Source of the DNA: a virus
Lineage: Duplodnaviria > Caudoviricetes
Length of the DNA stretch: 64,000 nucleotides
IMG/VR virus record: IMGVR_UViG_3300032030_000007
Span: 1 to 64,000 of that record
Strand: one strand, 5' to 3'
Shown here: positions 40,133 to 50,449 of the stretch, piece after piece
Position numbering within the stretch: the stretch's first letter is position 1
Layout: every line of letters begins with the position of its first letter
Position numbers and translations under genes: made by a program
Notes under the pieces: model-generated
Database searches by the model: none
What the model was told of the DNA's origin: nothing
The model's input: only the letters and a program-made list of their open reading frames with translations

Positions 40133-42991
40133 TTAACCTACTTGTGGAATTACATAGCCTTGACATGGACAATATTGATCACAATCACAGTGTGGATAGT
40201 ATGTCTTTTCATTACAAGAACATGTATCAACTTTTGACTGACATAAGTGAGCTGTGCAATTACCTACATTTGTATTACATGTACATGCATCATATGAAGG
40301 ACATACTGTATTATATGTGTTACAGTCACATTGACATGAATCTTTTACTGTTGTATTATGTGTGTTACAATCGCATTGACACGAATCTTTTACTGTTGTT
40401 CCTTGTGTGTTACAGTCACAGTTACAGCCAGTTCTTGCATTTGAACAGTGTCCTCCACAGTTCGAACATTGTGTATAACAGTTACATGAGTCAGAACAGT
40501 GTCCAGCACAATTTGAACATTGGGTATAACAGTTACATGAATCATTACAGTGTCCAGCACAGTTTGAACATTGGGTATAACAGTTACATGAATCAGAACA
40601 GTGTCCAGCACAGTTTGAGCATTGGGTATAACAGTTACATGAATCATTACAGTGTCCTCCACAATTTGAGCATTGAGTATAACAGTTACAAGAATCTCCA
40701 CAGTGTCCAGCACAATTTGAACATTGGGTATAACAGTTACATGAATCATTACAATCTGGAGAACATCCTACAACATTACAATCACAGCTACATACATCAT
40801 TACAAGAACAACCTACATATCCTCTATCTGTACAGTCGGGATCGCAAGTAGCATCGCATATGCATTTACGCTCTGCATTACAAAAACAAACACAACCACC
40901 TTCATAATTGTAATCATGCGTTAAACAATCATCATTTGTTACTGCATTGCAATCACATCCGCATGGATCATGACCAGTACAATCACATGAACAATCGCTA
41001 TGACTAGCACACTGTTCTCTATAATCTATACATTTCCAATTCGCATGTTCTCCATTACAACTAGAATTATTGTACTGATCATAAGGTAAACAATTATGAC
41101 CACATGTTTTATATCTACAAGAATCACCTGATCCTGATGTTTGTGAATCACAATAACAGTGCCAATCTTTACAATCAGCACATTCTGCAGTGCAGGAACC
41201 ATTATAATGATTATCAGCACATGTATTAGAATAACAATAACCACTACTATAATTATTTTCTTTACATTCACAAGATTGTGTATGACAAGTACATGCCGCA
41301 TATCCATGGCATCCGCATCCTGTCCAACTTTCGCATAAACAATATCTTGGGTCATCCTTATAATATGATTTACATGTACTATATTGTGAATTATTACATC
41401 CATCACCATCACAAGTACAATAAGTTCCATCATTATTACAATCACAATAACAGTCATCTTTATATGTACGTGTATGATTATTGCAATCGCATTGACATGA
41501 ATCTTTAGTTGTACGAGTATGATTATTACAATCACATTGACAAGAGTCCTTCGTTGTTGTATTATATGTATTGCAATCACATTGACATGAATCTTTTACT
41601 GTTGTTCCTTGTGTGTTACAGTCACAGTTACATGCACTTGTTGTATTAGAACAATGACCAGCACAGTTCGAACATTGTGTATAACAGTTACATGAATCAT
41701 TACAGTGTCCAGCGCAGTTTGAACATTGAGTATAACAGTTACAAGAATCATTACAGTGTCCAGAACATGTGCTATCATTATTACAGATACAGTCCGCACA
41801 TTTTGTATCACACGTATTATTTTGGTTACAGTCGCATACACATACGACATGTGATGCACATGCTGTACCATAAGCAGCACAGTGTTTATCACATGGTGAT
41901 GTGCTACCGCTTATTTCTTGTCTTACAAATGTTGTATTGACATGACATTGACATTTATCATATTGGTTACAGTCACAATAACAATATATGTCATCTTCGA
42001 CAATAGTAACATCTTTTATTGTACCTGCATTACCAGTCATTCTAAATGATACAGAACTAGAAGTATTGTTTGCTGTAGTTTTTGTTACTGTAATTCTGTC
42101 TGCATTACCTGACATAGGAGATACAGTATAGTTGTTTGAGCTTAAATTAGAAATTGTATATGATGTGTTACCTATCAATGACACATCTATGCCAACAGAC
42201 GAATTTGCTGCATTTACAATACCTGATTTTTCTAATGACAATATTATATCGTTAGGATGTGGATTAGCTCCTTGAGATACAGACACAGTAATAGATGTAT
42301 CATTCTTCTTTTCTTTAAATATAATATTTCCGCTTCTTGCAGCTCCAGCATTACCTTGTACCGAAACAACAACTGATTTAGATCCAGCTCTGTCTTCAGA
42401 TTTACTTAGTGCTACCCATGCAGGTTTGCTTACTAATGTCCATCCTGTGTATGATTTGATTTTAAGCGTCTGAGTTGCAGGAGCATCATACCCATATTCA
42501 TATTGATTATAATATGGAACTAATCTAATATAACCAGCATTATCTCCAGAAGTTACACCATCATTATGTTGATAGTAATAAACCTTGATAAAGTGAGAAC
42601 CTGCAGTAGGAACAGTAATATTTATTATATCATCTGTTGTACCTGACATTTTCTTCAATAATGGGTTTTCATCTGTTGTATCTAATTTACATATACCAAG
42701 AAAATCATTTGGACTTTCTGAACTAACAATTAAATCTAACTGTATTACTTGATTATTAGTATATGTCTTAAAGTTAACAAATGCAATATTGGGTGTTCCT
42801 TCTCCTCGTCCAGCTAACTTATAATAAAATTTATTATTTTTTGTTACGACTGTAGTAGTACCGACAACAGTACCTGATTCATAAAGCCAAGATTCTTCAG
42901 TTAATGTTTTTTGTATACCATAATCGAAAGATAATGATGTTGGTGCAATATTAAACTTAAAAAACCCTCCTAATATACGTCTTCTTAACAT
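40133..42991 (-). CDS. 952-aa protein: N-terminal beta/BACON-like domains plus ~610-aa Cys-rich repeat region
   Basis: BACON-like IKSYTGWTLVSKPAWV...RSGNIIF; repeats CNDSCNCYTQCSNCAGH x8 and NTxxTTxKDSCQCDC x6. Confidence 0.85.
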   Translation of the reverse strand: MLRRRILGGFFKFNIAPTSLSFDYGIQKTLTEESWLYESGTVVGTTTVVTKNNKFYYKLAGRGEGTPNIAFVNFKTYTNNQVIQLDLIVSSESPNDFLGICKLDTTDENPLLKKMSGTTDDIINITVPTAGSHFIKVYYYQHNDGVTSGDNAGYIRLVPYYNQYEYGYDAPATQTLKIKSYTGWTLVSKPAWVALSKSEDRAGSKSVVVSVQGNAGAARSGNIIFKEKKNDTSITVSVSQGANPHPNDIILSLEKSGIVNAANSSVGIDVSLIGNTSYTISNLSSNNYTVSPMSGNADRITVTKTTANNTSSSVSFRMTGNAGTIKDVTIVEDDIYCYCDCNQYDKCQCHVNTTFVRQEISGSTSPCDKHCAAYGTACASHVVCVCDCNQNNTCDTKCADCICNNDSTCSGHCNDSCNCYTQCSNCAGHCNDSCNCYTQCSNCAGHCSNTTSACNCDCNTQGTTVKDSCQCDCNTYNTTTKDSCQCDCNNHTRTTKDSCQCDCNNHTRTYKDDCYCDCNNDGTYCTCDGDGCNNSQYSTCKSYYKDDPRYCLCESWTGCGCHGYAACTCHTQSCECKENNYSSGYCYSNTCADNHYNGSCTAECADCKDWHCYCDSQTSGSGDSCRYKTCGHNCLPYDQYNNSSCNGEHANWKCIDYREQCASHSDCSCDCTGHDPCGCDCNAVTNDDCLTHDYNYEGGCVCFCNAERKCICDATCDPDCTDRGYVGCSCNDVCSCDCNVVGCSPDCNDSCNCYTQCSNCAGHCGDSCNCYTQCSNCGGHCNDSCNCYTQCSNCAGHCSDSCNCYTQCSNCAGHCNDSCNCYTQCSNCAGHCSDSCNCYTQCSNCGGHCSNARTGCNCDCNTQGTTVKDSCQCDCNTHNTTVKDSCQCDCNTYNTVCPSYDACTCNTNVGNCTAHLCQSKVDTCSCNEKTYYPHCDCDQYCPCQGYVIPQVG
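40448..40753 (-). repeat. Six in-frame 51-bp tandem repeats (17-aa Cys unit)
   Basis: C(N/S/G)DSCNCYTQCSNC(A/G)GH x6 with synonymous variation. Confidence 0.9.
41654..41755 (-). repeat. Two further 51-bp Cys-unit repeats
   Basis: CNDSCNCYTQCSNCAGH x2; adjacent 45-bp repeat block. Confidence 0.85.
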
Positions 42992-43019
42992 TTAAGTATA
43001 TTACATATATTTTTATAAT

Positions 43020-44546
43020 TTATTTTAATCCTAACCAAATTAAAATATTATTAAAGAATCCACTAGTTTCTTCTTTTTCTATTTTTTCAACTTTATCATT
43101 GCATTGACATGTACTTTGTTTACAATTACATTTCTGTTGTTGATTATTTTGATTTTGTTGATTAATTCTATTTTGTCTATTTCTATTTACATTATTTCTC
43201 CACCTTCTATACATATCTAATACACCACGATGAGCTTTTCTCATTTCCCATTCTTTAATCCATATATTACAATTACGAAGGTCATGACACATCTTGGCTC
43301 TAATACATGATGGCTTAATTGGACAATCATTACATATATCGTAATCTTCTACATAATCTTGGAATTTTCTAATTTCTGTCATGTCTTTCATTTCAGGATT
43401 ATCTACATGACCCCAGAAATGATCTTCAGAATAGTGTTCACAAACTCCAATATCACCTTGTGTACCAATTACAACAGCTTGTCCATGATCAATCATACAA
43501 TGCGTTGCACGTACATATGTTCCACGATCACGACCATGTAAATATCCATAATGATCTAATACTTCATCAATTTCTCTTAATTTAGTATATAATAATTCAT
43601 TTTCTTCTGCAGTTCTAGGATTATCGTCATCTTCAAATATTGGCCAACAATATGGGGCAATATTTTTATGATTACCAAATCGTGTATAAAGCTCTTTAAT
43701 CAATTTTTTAAGATTTTCAGCATTTTCAACACAAGTATTCATACGAATAGATATGTTCATACCCCAATCAGCCATCATTTGAATATTGTCCATAACAATC
43801 TTATATGGGCTTTTACCTTTTACATTTTTATAATTCTTAATCTTATTGTATTCTTCTTCAGTGCCATCAAGAGTGATTTGACCAGATCTCAAATGCCATA
43901 AATCACGATATTTGTCTAATTTTTCTTTTTTAAATAAAAAACCATTTGTAGTCATACTAGATGCATAATTAAATCCGGCGTCTTTAACTATTTGGCAAAT
44001 AATATCTATACAATGTTCTCCAACTAATGGTTCACCACCAAACCAACGTAATTGAATTTCACGTCCGTTTTTCATAGCGTTTTTAACAATCCAATCACCA
44101 ACTTTTCTTGCTGTTTCTGCAGTCATTGGTTTTTGTGGACGTCCTGCTTCATAACAATATGAACATCTTGCGTTACAAGCCATTGTTGAAAATATTGTAA
44201 ATTCATAAATACGACCTGATTTAAGATATGATTCATTCTCACAACTTGGACGACCATTTAACTTTAATTTTTCTTGAGCTGCGTGTTCATCATAATTTTC
44301 ATTTACTAAGAAATAATTATTCCAAAGCCATTGAACATAGTCAACATTAAGATCATCATATATCTTATTCCATTGTTCATTAGGAATCCATATAAATGAA
44401 CGTGTTAATTCATTATGAATAGCTTTACCGTTATCAACATCTTCAATAACAAGGTATTTCATTAAACGTACTGATTGATTTTCATCTCTTGTGTTTTGCC
44501 CAAGAAATTGTAAATACTTTTGATTTGATTTTCTAATTATATTCAT
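43020..44546 (-). CDS. Radical SAM/SPASM-domain maturase
   Basis: CNARCSYC, FGGEPL, TTNG, ITLDG, SPASM C..GDIGVC..CNDCPIKPSC....C. Confidence 0.9.
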   Translation of the reverse strand: MNIIRKSNQKYLQFLGQNTRDENQSVRLMKYLVIEDVDNGKAIHNELTRSFIWIPNEQWNKIYDDLNVDYVQWLWNNYFLVNENYDEHAAQEKLKLNGRPSCENESYLKSGRIYEFTIFSTMACNARCSYCYEAGRPQKPMTAETARKVGDWIVKNAMKNGREIQLRWFGGEPLVGEHCIDIICQIVKDAGFNYASSMTTNGFLFKKEKLDKYRDLWHLRSGQITLDGTEEEYNKIKNYKNVKGKSPYKIVMDNIQMMADWGMNISIRMNTCVENAENLKKLIKELYTRFGNHKNIAPYCWPIFEDDDNPRTAEENELLYTKLREIDEVLDHYGYLHGRDRGTYVRATHCMIDHGQAVVIGTQGDIGVCEHYSEDHFWGHVDNPEMKDMTEIRKFQDYVEDYDICNDCPIKPSCIRAKMCHDLRNCNIWIKEWEMRKAHRGVLDMYRRWRNNVNRNRQNRINQQNQNNQQQKCNCKQSTCQCNDKVEKIEKEETSGFFNNILIWLGLK

Positions 44547-44748
44547 ATGTATTTATATATTTAAGATATTTATATCTATTAATTAATTATAAAAAAAATA
44601 CTATACTTGGATTTAGTATTTTATGATAAATTATTTACTTATAAATAAAAATAGATAAATAATGAACCTAAATTCAATATATATTTAATAATATATCTTT
44701 CTTAATAATTAGTTTATTTAATAATACTAAAAAATGTTGAACTTTTGT

Positions 44749-45657
44749 TCAACCCTTATTAATATCAATAACTACAGGTAATCCTTTTCGTTTATATTTT
44801 GTTCGTCTTATACGGCCAATAACATCATCAACAGTATGATAAGTTACTTTATCATTATTTACATCATATTTCTTATGTAGTTCATCCATTGCAATCCGAT
44901 ATGCTTCTGGATGTTTTCCTCGATATTCAAGATATGTCTGAATGATATCATCAACTTTCTTATAAGCATCTACATTTTTATCTTTAGCAAATGCTGGAGC
45001 AATCTGCCCCATGTCACCAAGATCATTAACACCATTACCATCTGTTGGACGAATACCTAATGCATAATCAAGAGCTTGTACTTTATTAGTGTTTAATACT
45101 CCAGATTCATTTTGATAATAATCTCTAATATATTGAGCTAACTCATAAACTTCATGTTTCCAAAGACCTCCAATTGGATTTAAATCTGCAACATCTCCAT
45201 GAATTGTAAAGAATCCAAGATAATGCTCAGTAAGATTATCAGTATCCATTACTAATCCCTTGAAATAATTTGCAAGATCATAAAGATATATCATACGAAG
45301 TCTAGCCTTAATATTTCCCTGTCCAATAGTTGTTGGAAGATGACGTTGAGAACATACACCTTTCATAAGAATAAACTCATGCTGTAAATTCTCAGTCCAA
45401 TATTGTCCTTCTTTACAGAATGCTTTCATACAAGCATTAGCTGAATTATTTTCATCAATACTATTTGATGTACATGGAAGACTTACACCAAAAAATTTCA
45501 AATCAGGGTTTCTTCTTTCAACTTCTGAACAAATAGCAGCAGTTACAGTAGAATCAATTCCACCAGAAATACCAAGAATCATTGCCCAAAGATTATTATC
45601 TTCAAGATACTTCTGAGTTTCTTGCACCATTGTTTCAAAAACTTTTGCGTAATTCAT
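44749..45657 (-). CDS. nadE: NH3-dependent NAD+ synthetase
   Basis: GISGGIDS, GNIKARLRM, TDNLTE..LGFFTIHGD, PIGGLWK. Confidence 0.93.
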   Translation of the reverse strand: MNYAKVFETMVQETQKYLEDNNLWAMILGISGGIDSTVTAAICSEVERRNPDLKFFGVSLPCTSNSIDENNSANACMKAFCKEGQYWTENLQHEFILMKGVCSQRHLPTTIGQGNIKARLRMIYLYDLANYFKGLVMDTDNLTEHYLGFFTIHGDVADLNPIGGLWKHEVYELAQYIRDYYQNESGVLNTNKVQALDYALGIRPTDGNGVNDLGDMGQIAPAFAKDKNVDAYKKVDDIIQTYLEYRGKHPEAYRIAMDELHKKYDVNNDKVTYHTVDDVIGRIRRTKYKRKGLPVVIDINKG

Positions 45658-45806
45658 ACTTTATTCTTTTTATTAATTTTATTTTAATTTTTCTGTATAT
45701 CTAAACGGATAATGACAATGATTGCACTTAAATACTTCACCCTCTTCATCAATAGCTTCATCAAGAGTAAATGAAGTTTCTTTACCACATTTTGGACATT
45801 TTATTT

Positions 45807-46004
45807 TCATACGTTATAATATTTAATAATGTTTTCAATTACATACCACCAACATACACCTTCAGTACAAGACCAAAGAAGTGTTCCAAGAAAATGGGCA
45901 ATTTTATTATCAGTAAACCCGTTATAATAATTTACATACATATTTCTGACTCTTATTGCATTAATCAAAATTAAAATGCAAATAATAAAAAATATAATAT
46001 TCAT
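45807..46004 (-). CDS. Small membrane protein
   Basis: Hydrophobic ORF. Confidence 0.55.
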   Translation of the reverse strand: MNIIFFIICILILINAIRVRNMYVNYYNGFTDNKIAHFLGTLLWSCTEGVCWWYVIENIIKYYNV

Positions 46005-46007
46005 AAT

Positions 46008-46334
46008 TTAATAAGTTGCTTTAAAATCAATACCATTATTTGGAAGATACTTACAATACCAATAATTATATCCGTTGTCTTCAATATGTTTGTATACTTT
46101 AACTTTAGGATTATAGTCTAATTGTATGATAGATCCAATTTTTGGTTTATTTGGTGTCTTTTTAATAATCTGTTCATTAATGCATTCTTTTTCATAAACA
46201 AATATATCTTTATCATCAATTAAATATTCTGTAATATTATGACCAGATCTAATCAATTTAAGCATTCGTTGTGCTAAATCATTTTTATCTGTACCTAGCC
46301 AACTTAAAATCGTAGATTTTGTTATCATATTCAA
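46008..46334 (-). CDS. Hypothetical protein
   Basis: ORF. Confidence 0.6.
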   Translation of the reverse strand: MNMITKSTILSWLGTDKNDLAQRMLKLIRSGHNITEYLIDDKDIFVYEKECINEQIIKKTPNKPKIGSIIQLDYNPKVKVYKHIEDNGYNYWYCKYLPNNGIDFKATY

Positions 46335-47584
46335 TTAATATATTTTAATCCATCTTCACCAGGTTCTCCTTTTGGATCTCCATGGTTTAATGAGATAGGA
46401 ATATTCAGTTCATAACATGCATGATTGAACTCCTGATTATCTCCCATATGTTTTCCAAAATCATCAGAAATCTTAATTGTAAGATACCAAGACTGATTAG
46501 AATTCATACGGCAACGAGACATCTTCATAACGATATTCTCTGCATCATATTTTGTTCCATCAGGAGCATATACATCACATGTAAGATTTGTTCCAATTCC
46601 AAATGAACACTTGATTCCTCTTTCCTTACAATATTGTAAGATCTTAACAGCTTTTGGAAAATCAAGTGCATTAGAGAATACGATTGTTTTTGTATGATAA
46701 TCAATTCCTTTATTTATATAGAAATTAATTGTCTTATCAGTAAATTCATATTCATCTCCTGAATCCTGACGAACACCATCAAAAAGTTTAGCCTGTTTTA
46801 ATGAGAAGTTCTTGAAGAACACATCTGTTGTGTATGTATCTGAAAGAGCAATACCAAGATCTCCATCATATACATCTACCCAGTTTTCAAGAGCTATATA
46901 ATTTGCAGACTTATATCCATACTGAGCACCATGGAACATAAACCACTCGTGAGGGTGAGTACCAATTGGCTTCATATCATACTTCATTGCAAAATGTACG
47001 TTTGAAGTACCTACACAAGTCTTAGAATTTTGTTTCAAGTATTCACAAACCTTATCTTGAACTTCATAATTGAAACGGCGGCGTGTTCCAAATTCTGAAA
47101 ATAGCATTCCCATAGAATTCGCAAGATTAACCTTTGCTTCAAGCTTAGACATTGTAAGCTCCCAGTTAATAGGTTTATCTTCATTATTTACCTCAGGAAT
47201 AGCATACATACAAGGAATTTCATACAAAGAAGCCTTATAGCATTTATCTGTTACATCCATACAAAGTACACCTTCATCATCAAGATATACTCTAATCTTA
47301 TTAAATTCAAATCGGAATGAATACAACCACTCCCAATAATACTGTGCAATAAAATCTACCCTGTGTGAAGTAAGTAACCAATTAAGCTCAGGAATTGTAA
47401 GTTTAGTATTATTACAAATATCCCTAAGCATCATTTTAAACTTCTTCAGAAATTTTGGAGTACGTTTAATTTTATTCCTATCCTTAAATGTAAATGTACA
47501 TTCAGCATCAGGAAATTTCTTCATATAAGCATACGATGTAGTAAACTTATATAGATCTGTATCAAGTATTGAAAATTTCATCAT
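46331..47584 (-). CDS. pncB: Nicotinate phosphoribosyltransferase
   Basis: LDTDLYKF, EFGTRRRF, GTSNV, GTHPHEW, ALSDTY, GVRQDSGD, FGIGTNL, KISDD.GK. Confidence 0.95.
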   Translation of the reverse strand: MMKFSILDTDLYKFTTSYAYMKKFPDAECTFTFKDRNKIKRTPKFLKKFKMMLRDICNNTKLTIPELNWLLTSHRVDFIAQYYWEWLYSFRFEFNKIRVYLDDEGVLCMDVTDKCYKASLYEIPCMYAIPEVNNEDKPINWELTMSKLEAKVNLANSMGMLFSEFGTRRRFNYEVQDKVCEYLKQNSKTCVGTSNVHFAMKYDMKPIGTHPHEWFMFHGAQYGYKSANYIALENWVDVYDGDLGIALSDTYTTDVFFKNFSLKQAKLFDGVRQDSGDEYEFTDKTINFYINKGIDYHTKTIVFSNALDFPKAVKILQYCKERGIKCSFGIGTNLTCDVYAPDGTKYDAENIVMKMSRCRMNSNQSWYLTIKISDDFGKHMGDNQEFNHACYELNIPISLNHGDPKGEPGEDGLKYIN

Positions 47585-47589
47585 ATTAT

Positions 47590-47657
47590 TTAATATATAC
47601 TTTATGAATATTTAAAGCTTATTTTTATAGTTAATATATACTTTATGAATATTTAAA
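47590..47657. repeat. 27-bp direct repeat between pncA and pncB
   Basis: TTAATATATACTTTATGAATATTTAAA at 47590 and 47631. Confidence 0.8.
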
Positions 47658-48366
47658 TTGCTTTAATATTGTCATGAGAATTAATGAAATCATTAAGAGC
47701 AGTACCTCCATCAATTGAAACAGTTCCATTCATAAGAACACTTATATTGAACTTCTTCCAGTGATTCATAAGGTTCTTCATAGTTTCCATTACACAATAA
47801 TCACCAGCAATACCGCATACTACAATATTGTTATTGATAATTCTGCAACCTGAAGAAGATTCACAATTTGCAAAATAACAGTTCTTTACATGAGGTGGAT
47901 CATTAGGATGCAAGTGATGGAATGTTGCAAGATGCTCAAACGCGCCATACTCTTCACGGTCAACTACTGTACCCTTATCAACAACAGTAAATGGTATTCG
48001 CATTTCAATAAGACCATCATAAAGTTCTTTAGCAATCTTTTCGCCATCAGATCCCTGAACACAATGCGCAGGCCATTGACCACCATTTTCCTTAAATGAC
48101 ATATGTTTCTTTGGATGATGATCACGAGTCAAAATAACCTGGTTAATCTTATTGCGATTTGCTTTGATGTAATCCAAAATTGGCTTATTGATATTTTCTC
48201 CACCAGGTACATAAAGAGCTCCATTTGGATCACCAAAATCAAATTGGTCATCTACAATAATAACACTAATTTGATTATCCAATTTAGAACCAGTGTTCTT
48301 TACTTTAAACTTCTTTGCATTGTTCTTACGAACATCATTCTTAATGTTTTTCTTGTCTGTATACAT
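47653..48366 (-). CDS. pncA: Nicotinamidase (isochorismatase family)
   Basis: VDDQFDF, GALYVPGG, TRDHH, WPAHCVQGS, GIAGDYCV. Confidence 0.92.
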   Translation of the reverse strand: MYTDKKNIKNDVRKNNAKKFKVKNTGSKLDNQISVIIVDDQFDFGDPNGALYVPGGENINKPILDYIKANRNKINQVILTRDHHPKKHMSFKENGGQWPAHCVQGSDGEKIAKELYDGLIEMRIPFTVVDKGTVVDREEYGAFEHLATFHHLHPNDPPHVKNCYFANCESSSGCRIINNNIVVCGIAGDYCVMETMKNLMNHWKKFNISVLMNGTVSIDGGTALNDFINSHDNIKAI

Positions 48367-48420
48367 ATATCAATTATTTAATAAAGTTTATCAAAATAAA
48401 TATAGTCATTTTATTTAAGA

Positions 48421-48837
48421 TTATTTATTAACCTCTTCATTATTTAATGGAATCCACATTATTTCTGCATAATTAAATTCTTCAGATTTTGGTGGATAAA
48501 TCTTAATATAATAATCTCTATCAATTACTTCTATTTTCTTAATATTCTTTCTACATTTTGGACATACTGCTTCATAACATATTTTATGTTCATCAATAGA
48601 TAATGCAACATCAGAACGTGTTAATTTTCCTTTATAACCACAATCTTTATAAAATTTAAACTTTTCAGCTATTTCATGTTGATGACGTTTAAATAATCCT
48701 GGTGATAAAGAACTTAATCCAGCTTCATTCTTTATATATTTTTTAACTTTAACTTCATCAATATGATATAATACTGAAGAACCACAATGATTGCATTCAA
48801 GTGTTATATTTTTATCTTTTTCTATAATTGTTCCCAT
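48421..48837 (-). CDS. Zn-ribbon hypothetical protein
   Basis: CNHC...CPKC. Confidence 0.6.
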   Translation of the reverse strand: MGTIIEKDKNITLECNHCGSSVLYHIDEVKVKKYIKNEAGLSSLSPGLFKRHQHEIAEKFKFYKDCGYKGKLTRSDVALSIDEHKICYEAVCPKCRKNIKKIEVIDRDYYIKIYPPKSEEFNYAEIMWIPLNNEEVNK

Positions 48838-48840
48838 AAT

Positions 48841-49059
48841 TCAATCTTCATTAAAAGACATATAATCAACTTCAGATAAATTCAATGACTTACCTGTTTC
48901 TTTTTTAATATCAAGAAAATGATTAAGCAAAGAAATATAATTCTCCATAGAATCTATAGAATATTCATCATAAAAATATTTCTTCTCAGGCCATCCTAAT
49001 TGATACCTAAGATTTTCAATTTCCTTAAGAAGAATCAATTTCTTTTTAATATTTGCCAT
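48841..49059 (-). CDS. Hypothetical protein
   Basis: ORF after the promoter at 49116-49143. Confidence 0.6.
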   Translation of the reverse strand: MANIKKKLILLKEIENLRYQLGWPEKKYFYDEYSIDSMENYISLLNHFLDIKKETGKSLNLSEVDYMSFNED

Positions 49060-49163
49060 ATTATATTTGTTTGATTAATATAATGGAGTTTTTATGTTAA
49101 CTACCATACATAAATAATATAGAACAAATAATAAAAAATTCAATATTATTAGAATTTTATATA

Positions 49164-49193
49164 AAACAAAAAAGGTACGAATTAACGTACCTT
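49164..49193 (-). terminator. tmRNA terminator
   Basis: AAGGTACG-ttaatt-CGTACCTT plus T-run. Confidence 0.8.
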
Positions 49194-49199
49194 AAATTG

Positions 49200-49582
49200 T
49201 GGACCCAGACAGATTCGAACTGTCGTCTTAATAACCGTCATACTAAAACTTGTTACATGCTTCTTAGAAGTTTCTATCTTCAAAATATCTAGTTTCGTAC
49301 TATTCCAGAAAACCAGAAAACTTGGAGGTACACTTGAATTGAATAGCCAAAAGCTCCTTCCGCTATGTTTGTGAGACTTCTGTTGCCCGACCCGTAGGTT
49401 CTCACTGCGCCGGCTATGCTTATTTATAACCTAACTAATTAAAATAGTATCCCTGAGGGATTAAGCAGCCATCCTGTAGAAAGTATCTTCTTCAGCATTT
49501 ATTGTTTTTGATTCTTTAACGACATAATCAAGTCGACATGATTTTAATACTCAAATTACTAATCAAATACCAAAATGAGCCC
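49200..49582 (-). ncRNA. ssrA: tmRNA (383 nt), tag (A)AEEDTFYRMAA*
   Basis: Acceptor GGGCTCA/TGGGTCC-A with G3.U70; T arm GACAG-TTCGAAT-CTGTC; tag ORF 49496-49461 after AATAAAT ending in AA-stop. Confidence 0.9.
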
Positions 49583-50449
49583 TTATTTAAATAAAATTTT
49601 TCTTCCTTTTTTCCACCCTAAATTAATATAGTAATCTAAATTTTCTTTTTTAATTTTTTTATTAATTTTTTCTTCTAAATTATAAATCCAACATGTATTA
49701 AGTTGATTATTTGTTTTTCTATTTTTTGCAGCTATACTTAATTTTTGTTTATGTTCTTCAGAATGTTTGCGTCCTTTATGATAAGGTATAAATTCTCCAT
49801 TAATAATTAAAGGATCATCTTTATATAACATTTTAACGTTATTATAATTATCTTTATGCTTACATAATATTTTTCCTTTATTAAAAAATAATAATTCACC
49901 AGATATATATCTAGGATCATCTTTATTTACATAGAATTTATTTCCATTTTTATCAATAACACAAACTTTATTTTCAAATTGTTTTTTTAATTCACCAGTC
50001 TCAAATCTTTTATCATTATTTTTTACTAAATAATGATTATTATTTTTATCAACCGCTGGTGTTAATCCATAAGATAATGTTCGATATTCACCAGATATAT
50101 ATCTAGGATCATCTTTAGCCATTAAAATTTGTTCACCAGTAATTGTATTTCTAACAGGAAATAAACCAACTGTTTTTATACCACCTCCACCTAGTACTTC
50201 ATTATAACAATTATTATCCTTTATTAAAACTTCATTTACAATATCTTCTTCATAGTTTAAAGCTTCTTCTCTTGAATTAAAATATTTTAAAATTTCTTTA
50301 GAAAAATTTGAAATTCCATATTTTTTATAAGCTCTATGTAAACGATGACCAGAACCCATATATCCATCATTTAAATTATTAGTAGAATGAATTCCATAAT
50401 AAAAATGATTATTAATTAAATTTATAATTTTATAAAAATAATGATACAT
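49583..50449 (-). mobile_element. Free-standing GIY-YIG (Seg-like) homing endonuclease with NUMOD3-like motif
   Basis: YFYKIINLINNHFYYGIHST..DGYMGSG; KDDPRYISGE repeats; KGRKHSEEHKQKLS. Confidence 0.88.

Noticed and set aside
40320-41760. Regular repeats as a CRISPR array or DGR template/variable pair
   Set aside because: Units are contiguous in-frame 51/45-bp coding repeats with mostly synonymous variation, no unique spacers, no A-specific mutation pattern and no reverse transcriptase or cas gene
40126-41940. Overlapping ORFs 40126-40851(+), 40390-40749, 41026-41580, 41278-41508, 41596-41892 and 41677-41940
   Set aside because: Shadow frames produced by the Cys-repeat gene
46331-47584. Nampt (NadV) of the known NARP2 pathway
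   Set aside because: Motifs (EFGTRRRF, GTHPHEW) and the adjacent pncA/nadE indicate nicotinate PRTase PncB
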